From Actinomycetota bacterium (GTDB lineage: Bacteria; Actinomycetota; Actinomycetes; S36-B12), in contig JAUSDJ010000031.1 in NCBI GenBank assembly GCA_030650795.1, positions 153,123 through 217,122 of the forward strand: DNA of 64,000 nucleotides. Reading direction: 5' to 3'. The position numbers were made by a program, and so were the translations under genes. The notes beneath the pieces are model-generated. The model worked only from the letters and a program-made list of their open reading frames with translations. It was not told where the DNA came from and did no database searches. Below, one piece after another: positions 9,474 through 15,836 of the stretch. Position 1 is the first letter of the stretch, and the number at the start of each line of letters is the position of its first letter.

Positions 9474-10760
9474 CTACAGATTCACCCAACCGCGAGCGTT
9501 CTGACTCTGCGTGGAACCAAGCCGACCCTGGGTGTCGAGCAGCCGGGGGCTGGTCGCAAGCGCCTGCGGGATCAGATAGCAATCATGGGCTTGCAGCAGC
9601 ACTGCGCAATCAGCCAAGGCTGCAGCTGCGGGAAGGTCAACAGCCTTCGGCACCATCACCTCGTCAACGATCCACTCCTCTACGTAGGGATCATGAAACG
9701 TCACAAGCGCACCTTGCCTGCGCAGCTCCTGAAGCACGGCGATCGATGGGCTCTCGCGCAAATCGGCAATATTGGCTTTATAGGTGATGCCCAATAGCAG
9801 AACCGATGCCCCAGCGAGTTCGATCGATTCCTGATTCAACAGTTCCTGCAGCCGATGCACGACGTAGTTGGGCATGCTCGCGTTGATCTCTTGAGCCAAC
9901 TCGACAAATCGAAGACTCTGGCCCAGTTCGGTGCGCACCCGGTGGCCAAGGTAATTGGGATCAATGGGGATGCAGTGCCCACCGACGCCTGGGCCGGGCC
10001 GGAAGGCATGAAAGCCATAGGGCTTGGTCTCGGCGGCGGCAATGACATCCCAGAAGTCGATGCCCAGGAGATGGCTGACCTTGGCGAGCTCGTTGACCAA
10101 GGCAATGTTCACGTGGCGGTAGGTGTTCTCCAGCAGCTTGGCCATCTCAGCCTCTTTCAACCCCTTGGTGCGGACCACCTGCTCGGTCAAAGTCAGATAG
10201 AACTGCTCCGCCCGGTCCGCGCACTCAGTGCTGAAGCCACCGACAACCTTCGGTGTATTGCTGAAATTCCAGCGCCGATTGCCCGGATCAATCCGTTCCG
10301 GACTGAAGGCGAGCGAGAAGTCAACGGTTGCCTTAAACCCATTTCGCTCCAAGATCGGCTTCACGACCTCTTCAGTCGTACCGGGGTAGGTGGTGGATTC
10401 CAGCACCACCAATGGACGCTTGGCCGCATCGATATGACCAGCAATCATGGCCGTGGCGGCCTGAACAGCACGAAGATCTGGGCTGCCGTCGGCAGATAGC
10501 GGGGTTGGAACACAGATGATGAAAACATCAATGTCAGTCAGTTCATTGATGTCATTGGTGGGATGAAATCCTTGTCCGAGCCATTTCCCAACGAGGTCTG
10601 ACGCAATGTCATCGACATGGGATTCTCCAGCCGCTAAGCCGACGACAACCGCCTCATTGACATCGAAGCCCACGACCTGGTGCCCAGCCTCAATGCAGGC
10701 GCCAATCAGCGGCAGCCCGACATAGCCAAGACCGAACACGGCAATTCGCTGACCCACCAC
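9474..10760 (-). CDS. nucleotide-sugar dehydrogenase (UDP-glucose/GDP-mannose dehydrogenase family)
   Basis: IAVFGLGYVGLPL NAD-binding start, central GGHCIPIDP catalytic-Cys motif, length 428 aa. Confidence 0.85.
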   Translation of the reverse strand: MVGQRIAVFGLGYVGLPLIGACIEAGHQVVGFDVNEAVVVGLAAGESHVDDIASDLVGKWLGQGFHPTNDINELTDIDVFIICVPTPLSADGSPDLRAVQAATAMIAGHIDAAKRPLVVLESTTYPGTTEEVVKPILERNGFKATVDFSLAFSPERIDPGNRRWNFSNTPKVVGGFSTECADRAEQFYLTLTEQVVRTKGLKEAEMAKLLENTYRHVNIALVNELAKVSHLLGIDFWDVIAAAETKPYGFHAFRPGPGVGGHCIPIDPNYLGHRVRTELGQSLRFVELAQEINASMPNYVVHRLQELLNQESIELAGASVLLLGITYKANIADLRESPSIAVLQELRRQGALVTFHDPYVEEWIVDEVMVPKAVDLPAAAALADCAVLLQAHDCYLIPQALATSPRLLDTQGRLGSTQSQNARGWVNL

Positions 10761-10840
10761 TCGTCCCCCCGTTCCGGCCTTCTCAGGAAGAGCAGACTAG
10801 TGGGCCTCCTCAGCATGAGGTGACAAATCTCCACTTACTC

Positions 10841-12277
10841 TCACTTGATGGCTTCCGCAAAGGTCATGATCGTGCCCAACAGTTTGACATTGGCTTCGTC
10901 AAGCAGTCGCGCGGCGGACTCCAATTGCTTGCATGTGGTTCGCCCACGTCCCACAACGATCACCGCGCCATCGGCAATAGCGCCGATTACAGCAGCATCC
11001 GTACTCGACAGCAGCGGCGGAGCATTGATGATCACCAGATCCACTTGTGTTTTCAGATCAGCGAGCAGGAGCTCCATCTGCTCGGAGGCCAGAAGGGCAG
11101 TGGCATCGGCGAGATGAGGCCCGCGTGGAAGCACGCGCAGCGCGCCACGATGCCAAGTCAACTCGGCTTGACTCAAGGGCATAACTCCCGCGAGCACGTC
11201 GGGCAGCCCCACTTCAGAGTCAACGCCGAGATACGCCCCCAGTTTGGAATTATGCAAACACGCATCAATCAACATCACTGATCGTCCCGACTCAACAAAA
11301 CTCATTGCAAGATTCACTGCTGTGGCAGTTTTACCCGAGCCAGGGTTTGCACTAGTGATCACCACTGCGGCCGGGAAAACCTTTGACTGCTGAAGAGCTG
11401 CCTGACCAAGCGCCCGCTTGAGATGCTGTTCGATCTCGGGGCGAGGGGTCATCAAGATCTGATTGAAGGACCTCGAGGTTGACGCAATATGACCAAGATT
11501 CTCCGTGCGAAGACACTCCTGCAGATCAGCCTGGGTCTGGATCGGCGCTTGACCGCGCAACCGTGCCGGCAATCGGCTCTTGAGGCTGAATCCGGGCGAA
11601 TTGAACGCAGGCTCATTGAGCGCATCGTCCTGAGCGCCTGTCTCCATCGCATTGGCTACGAGTTGGCCTGCTTGAGCTATCGCGATGAAAGCCTCTGCCA
11701 GCGCTGTTGATGCATGGGCCACCTGATCAAGAGTTCCTCGATGATCAATATCCCCGTGACGATCCTCAATGTCGTCGTGCTGCGGATCCCAGGATGCGAG
11801 CATCCCTCGAGCTGCATCCATCTCAACCACAAGCCAACGAAGTCGATCGAGGGTGGAGTCCGGGAAAGGTTGCGCCCCTGGCGGTGTCGAACCGCTTGCA
11901 ACAAATTGAGCGACCCACGTCGCCAATCGAGCGGCCTGGCGAATCGTGAAGGTGTCTTGCCGGCTTGCCGGATCCATCCGAGCAATCCAAGCTCTCTGAG
12001 TTCGATCAGCCGTCAGCAGCAAATCTGCTCGCTTCAGCAATGCCGGGGTGAGTTGCCGCGAATCGCCAATCGCTCCAGCAAGGCCAACGTAACTTGCTGC
12101 TTGCGGGCACATCGCGTCACCGACCGCGGCAAACGTACCAGCCCAACTCACGTGGACCGCAGGACGAAGCGCAACAAGGGCACTGCGCATCACGCTTGCA
12201 GCCAGCGGCGAACGGCAGACGTTCGCCGAACAAGCAACTAGCACCTCGAAGGATTCCTGCACACGCAATCTTCCCAC
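10841..12277 (-). CDS. fusion of LMW phosphotyrosine phosphatase domain and BY-kinase-like P-loop ATPase domain
   Basis: N-terminus VLVACSANVCRSP is the CX5R(S) PTP loop. C-terminal domain has Walker A SANPGSGKTATAVNLA, Walker A'-like VMLIDACLH and Walker B-like DLVIINAPP. Confidence 0.7.
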   Translation of the reverse strand: MGRLRVQESFEVLVACSANVCRSPLAASVMRSALVALRPAVHVSWAGTFAAVGDAMCPQAASYVGLAGAIGDSRQLTPALLKRADLLLTADRTQRAWIARMDPASRQDTFTIRQAARLATWVAQFVASGSTPPGAQPFPDSTLDRLRWLVVEMDAARGMLASWDPQHDDIEDRHGDIDHRGTLDQVAHASTALAEAFIAIAQAGQLVANAMETGAQDDALNEPAFNSPGFSLKSRLPARLRGQAPIQTQADLQECLRTENLGHIASTSRSFNQILMTPRPEIEQHLKRALGQAALQQSKVFPAAVVITSANPGSGKTATAVNLAMSFVESGRSVMLIDACLHNSKLGAYLGVDSEVGLPDVLAGVMPLSQAELTWHRGALRVLPRGPHLADATALLASEQMELLLADLKTQVDLVIINAPPLLSSTDAAVIGAIADGAVIVVGRGRTTCKQLESAARLLDEANVKLLGTIMTFAEAIK

Positions 12278-12339
12278 TTGGCCGCTATGAGGATGCCAAC
12301 CGCCCAGATTCTCCGCAGGTTACGAGGTCGGATATCAAC

Positions 12340-12804
12340 GTGCTCATCCCCGTCCTCAACCCATTGTTCATTGAGAACGCCCGAAGCATCATGGATCCTG
12401 CTTGGCCGATTTCGTTTGAAATTCACGACTTTGTCCAAGCCGCACTTCCTCATCAATACTCCGCGGTCTACGCCTTGGATGTCCTGGAACACATTGAACC
12501 GCGCGATGAGTTCGATTTTCTCTCGAATTTGGTGGCCTCATTGGTGGACGATGGAATAGCGGTCATCGGCATGCCGAGCATTGAAAGCCAACCCCACGCG
12601 AATCCCGCCAGTCGTGACGGCCACGTCAATTGCAAGTCGGGGCCTGATTTGAAGGAATGCCTCCGGACTCACTTCCAGCAAGTCTTCGTTTTTTCTACGA
12701 ACGATGAGGTGATCCACACGGGGTATCCCCCGATGGCCCACTATTTGCTGGCTCTTTGCGTCGGTCCTATTCGCACCTGTTGGCCAGTGCTGCCAGGACT
12801 CTAG
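12340..12804 (+). CDS. truncated class I methyltransferase-like protein (possible gene remnant)
   Basis: Contains only post-motif-I regions (YSAVYALDVLEHIEP, DDGIAVIGMP). No GxGxG motif in any frame upstream. The ORF track start (12094) overlaps the convergent-strand gene, so the internal GTG 12340 is used. Start is very uncertain. Confidence 0.35.
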   Translation: MLIPVLNPLFIENARSIMDPAWPISFEIHDFVQAALPHQYSAVYALDVLEHIEPRDEFDFLSNLVASLVDDGIAVIGMPSIESQPHANPASRDGHVNCKSGPDLKECLRTHFQQVFVFSTNDEVIHTGYPPMAHYLLALCVGPIRTCWPVLPGL

Positions 12805-13188
12805 AGGTTCATTGAGCATTCCTGAATGGAGCCTCTCCTCGATGGAATCCCCCGCATCTCACCTCGCACAGGCCCGAGCAAGCCCGCGTTGCTTGCGATG
12901 GCTGGGCATGTCGTGAGCCGCTTGGGTCTGCCCGCCACTGGGAGGAGCTGTGCGCGAATACATCGATCTACGCCTCCGCGGCTCGTTCGGTACTGCCACT
13001 TACGCGCAAATCTGAATCGTTGATTCGCCGGCACTAGTCCACGTCTGCCGCAAGCGAATTGGATGGTTTTTTCGTCACGTTCATGTCGCAACTACGTACC
13101 AATTCCTTCAAGGATCGGCCTTCCCCGTTAGCCTGCAAATAGAGCTCCCGATGGGCGCTTGGGCAAACATGCGTCGAGGAGAACTCAA

Positions 13189-13485
13189 ATGAAGAGAACA
13201 CAGAAATTAGCCGCAGCGATCACCGTTATGACTGCCATTCCGTTGGTAGGCCTAGCCCTAGCCATGCCAGCGAATGCCGCTCCAGCAGATCTGCTGGAGG
13301 CGGTAGGGGTTCCAGCAACTGGCCTCTGCACTGATGTCGTGGCACCAGCAGCGAACTTGGCCGGCGTGGCCAATGGCAGTTGGAGCAAGTCATGGGGAGT
13401 GTGGATCTCACCGACCCTTGGTGGTCCGGTGTGCGTTCGCACCCTTTGGTACAACAACTCCACACAGTTGTGGGATCGCCGCTAA
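13189..13485 (+). CDS. small secreted protein (signal peptide, two Cys)
   Basis: GAGGAG Shine-Dalgarno 7 nt before ATG 13189. MKRTQKLAAAITVMTAIPLVGLALAMPANA/AP looks like a Sec signal with an AxA site. Followed by a terminator hairpin. Confidence 0.5.
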   Translation: MKRTQKLAAAITVMTAIPLVGLALAMPANAAPADLLEAVGVPATGLCTDVVAPAANLAGVANGSWSKSWGVWISPTLGGPVCVRTLWYNNSTQLWDRR

Positions 13486-13520
13486 ACGTGCGGCTAGTAC
13501 CACCTGCTTGAAAAGAATGC

Positions 13521-13562
13521 GGCCCCCCGAACTCAACTTGAGTTTCGGGGGGCTTTCTTTCT
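13521..13562 (+). terminator. rho-independent terminator
   Basis: CCCCCCGAACTCAA / TTGAGTTTCGGGGGG stem with one bulge, followed by CTTTCTTTCT. Lies 36 nt after the stop of the small secreted protein gene. Confidence 0.6.
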
Positions 13563-13805
13563 CATGGAGTCTTTCCTCCACAGTGACCGCTCCCCTGGCC
13601 TCCCAGCAGGCCTGCGCATGGCGCGCAAGCCGATGCTTCCTCGATGCCTGCGTGACTCCAACTAATGAGTCGGGAGTCCTGAGTCGCGGGGCGACTTAGG
13701 CGTGGGCGCTCAGGTCGAACTCGGTTTCATAGGCGATACTTCGCACATGTCTTGTCTGATTTGCTTCGGCTTGATCTGCAGTAGTAGTGCTCGTACGGAT
13801 CTATC

Positions 13806-15836
13806 GTGATTGCAGACACCAGCAATCCGGTCCTGATTGCGCCCAACACTTACTGGGTCGGCGTCAATGACCATCCGCTGGGGCTTCAGTGCAACCCATA
13901 TCTGATCCTTGACGGTGATGATGCTGTGTTGATCGATCCGGGGTCAGTCCTCGACTTCGAGTATGTGCGCGCCCAGGTGGAGAAGCTGATCCCAATCAGC
14001 AGCATCAGCACGATCGCACTGAGCCATCAGGACCCTGACCTCTGTTCAAGTGTGACGCTGTTCGAGCGCGCTGGGTTCGAGGGGCACATTGCCACGCACT
14101 GGCGGGCATCGGTTCTCCAGCGCTATTACGGCATCACCTCGCCGTTCTACCTGGTCAATGAGCATCAGTACGCGCTGACGCTGCGGTCGGGCAAGGTCAT
14201 CGAATTCATCCCAACCCCTTACTTGCACTTCCCCGGTGCAGTAGCCACGTTCGATCCGCAGACCAGGGTCCTGTTCTCGGGGGATCTCTTCGGCGCCTTC
14301 TCGACCCACTGGTCCTTTCGCGCCGACAAGTCAACCTATATCGAGGGCATGAAAGCGTTCCACGAGCATTACATGCCCAGCAACGACAACATCCGGCCGG
14401 TGATGGAAATGCTGCTGGCGATGGACATCGACGTCATCGCGCCTCAGCATGGATCCATCATTGATGCCGACATCGCGGACTACATCGTTGCCCTCCGGGA
14501 GCTTGAGTGCGGCACGATGCTCAATCCGATACGGCACGAGCTTGCCGCCTCAGGCGGATTCACCAGCATCGTCGAGCAGGTGATCCGCAGGTTGCAAGGG
14601 CTCTACCAGGCGGACGAGGTGCTCGGCGTCGTGCAGCACATGGAGATGACGATTGATCCTGGAACCTTGACGATTGGGGAATTTTCCTACACCGGCGTGG
14701 AACTGTGGAATGCCCTGTTCCAGACCATGGCTGATGCGGGGAAGCAGTCCTGGCTGACGGCGGTTGAGCCATTGGTCCGCAAGCTCGCAGCCGAGTACGA
14801 CATCGAGATGCCCCAGTACTACCTGAACGAGCGATCGACAACCCAGGTTCGCATCGACCAGCTTGCCCAAGAGATCGACAGTCTGCGCGCGCTCAATGTC
14901 CGCCTGGACACCACGCTGCGCGAATCGGAGGACAAGCTCACCAGATGCCCGCTGACAGGCCTTCGGAATGAGCGCTTCTTCACCGAATTCCTGCCGGCGA
15001 GCGTTGCGCAGGCCGAGGCCGCGGGCCAGGACCTCACCTTGGTCTATGTCGGAGCAGACCGCATCGCTGACGTGACCTATGCACGAGGCAAGCAGGCAGG
15101 CGATGAGGTCATCAAGAGCGTGGGTTACCTGCTTGAGCGGGGATTGGAGCGAAATGAGCAGCTGTTCCGCCTCGATGGCCCCAACTTCGTGCAGATGCTC
15201 ATCGAGGTGTCCGGCGAGCGAGCCGTGCTGACCCGAGTCGAGCGCATCCGTCGCGAGGTTGCCATGTCCACGATCTCACTGGATCCCCTGACGGTCTCCA
15301 TCGGGACGGTATCCCTAAGCGAGGCGCGCACCCATCAGCCAGACCCAGCCGAGCATGCATCGCTCATGGCCCGAACTGGACTGCTGCGTCTTCGTGTCGC
15401 GAGCAATCGCGGCGGCGACACCATCTGCTCGACATCGGACATCGAGCATCCGTCCACCTCGGCCGGAACGATTGTGATCGCCGACCCGGATCCGGTGAAT
15501 ATCGACGTGCTCACGACTGCGCTGCAGGCCATGAACTTCGAGACAATCGGTTGCTCAGATGGGCTTCAAGCGCTTCAGGCGATCGAGCATGGGTCCATCA
15601 GTGTCGTCATCGCCGAGGCGGTCTTGCCGAAACTCGATGGTTTCGCGTTGCGCGAGGCGCTGTCGTCGGCGTCTGCCTTCAGGGAGCTGCCGTTCCTCAT
15701 GATGGGATACGAGAAGGACGCCGAGACAGTCGCTCGCGCCCAGAGCCTGGGGATCAACCACTTCTTCAAGAAGCCATACCTGCTGTCCGAACTGGTCGGC
15801 ACTGTGCGTCTTGAGCAGCGACCGCGTCTGAGATGA
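13806..15836 (+). CDS. di-iron (FDP/ODP-like MBL-fold) sensor with degenerate GGDEF domain and pseudo-receiver domain
   Basis: N-terminus: SHQDPD, LHFPGA, LFSGDLFG, APQHGSII (flavodiiron-like lactamase-fold motifs). Coiled-coil linker. GGDEF fold with RLDGPNF in place of RxGGDEF. C-terminal receiver fold with VVIAEAVLPKLDG (Glu at the Asp position), LMMGYE and FFKKPY. Confidence 0.8.
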   Translation: MIADTSNPVLIAPNTYWVGVNDHPLGLQCNPYLILDGDDAVLIDPGSVLDFEYVRAQVEKLIPISSISTIALSHQDPDLCSSVTLFERAGFEGHIATHWRASVLQRYYGITSPFYLVNEHQYALTLRSGKVIEFIPTPYLHFPGAVATFDPQTRVLFSGDLFGAFSTHWSFRADKSTYIEGMKAFHEHYMPSNDNIRPVMEMLLAMDIDVIAPQHGSIIDADIADYIVALRELECGTMLNPIRHELAASGGFTSIVEQVIRRLQGLYQADEVLGVVQHMEMTIDPGTLTIGEFSYTGVELWNALFQTMADAGKQSWLTAVEPLVRKLAAEYDIEMPQYYLNERSTTQVRIDQLAQEIDSLRALNVRLDTTLRESEDKLTRCPLTGLRNERFFTEFLPASVAQAEAAGQDLTLVYVGADRIADVTYARGKQAGDEVIKSVGYLLERGLERNEQLFRLDGPNFVQMLIEVSGERAVLTRVERIRREVAMSTISLDPLTVSIGTVSLSEARTHQPDPAEHASLMARTGLLRLRVASNRGGDTICSTSDIEHPSTSAGTIVIADPDPVNIDVLTTALQAMNFETIGCSDGLQALQAIEHGSISVVIAEAVLPKLDGFALREALSSASAFRELPFLMMGYEKDAETVARAQSLGINHFFKKPYLLSELVGTVRLEQRPRLR

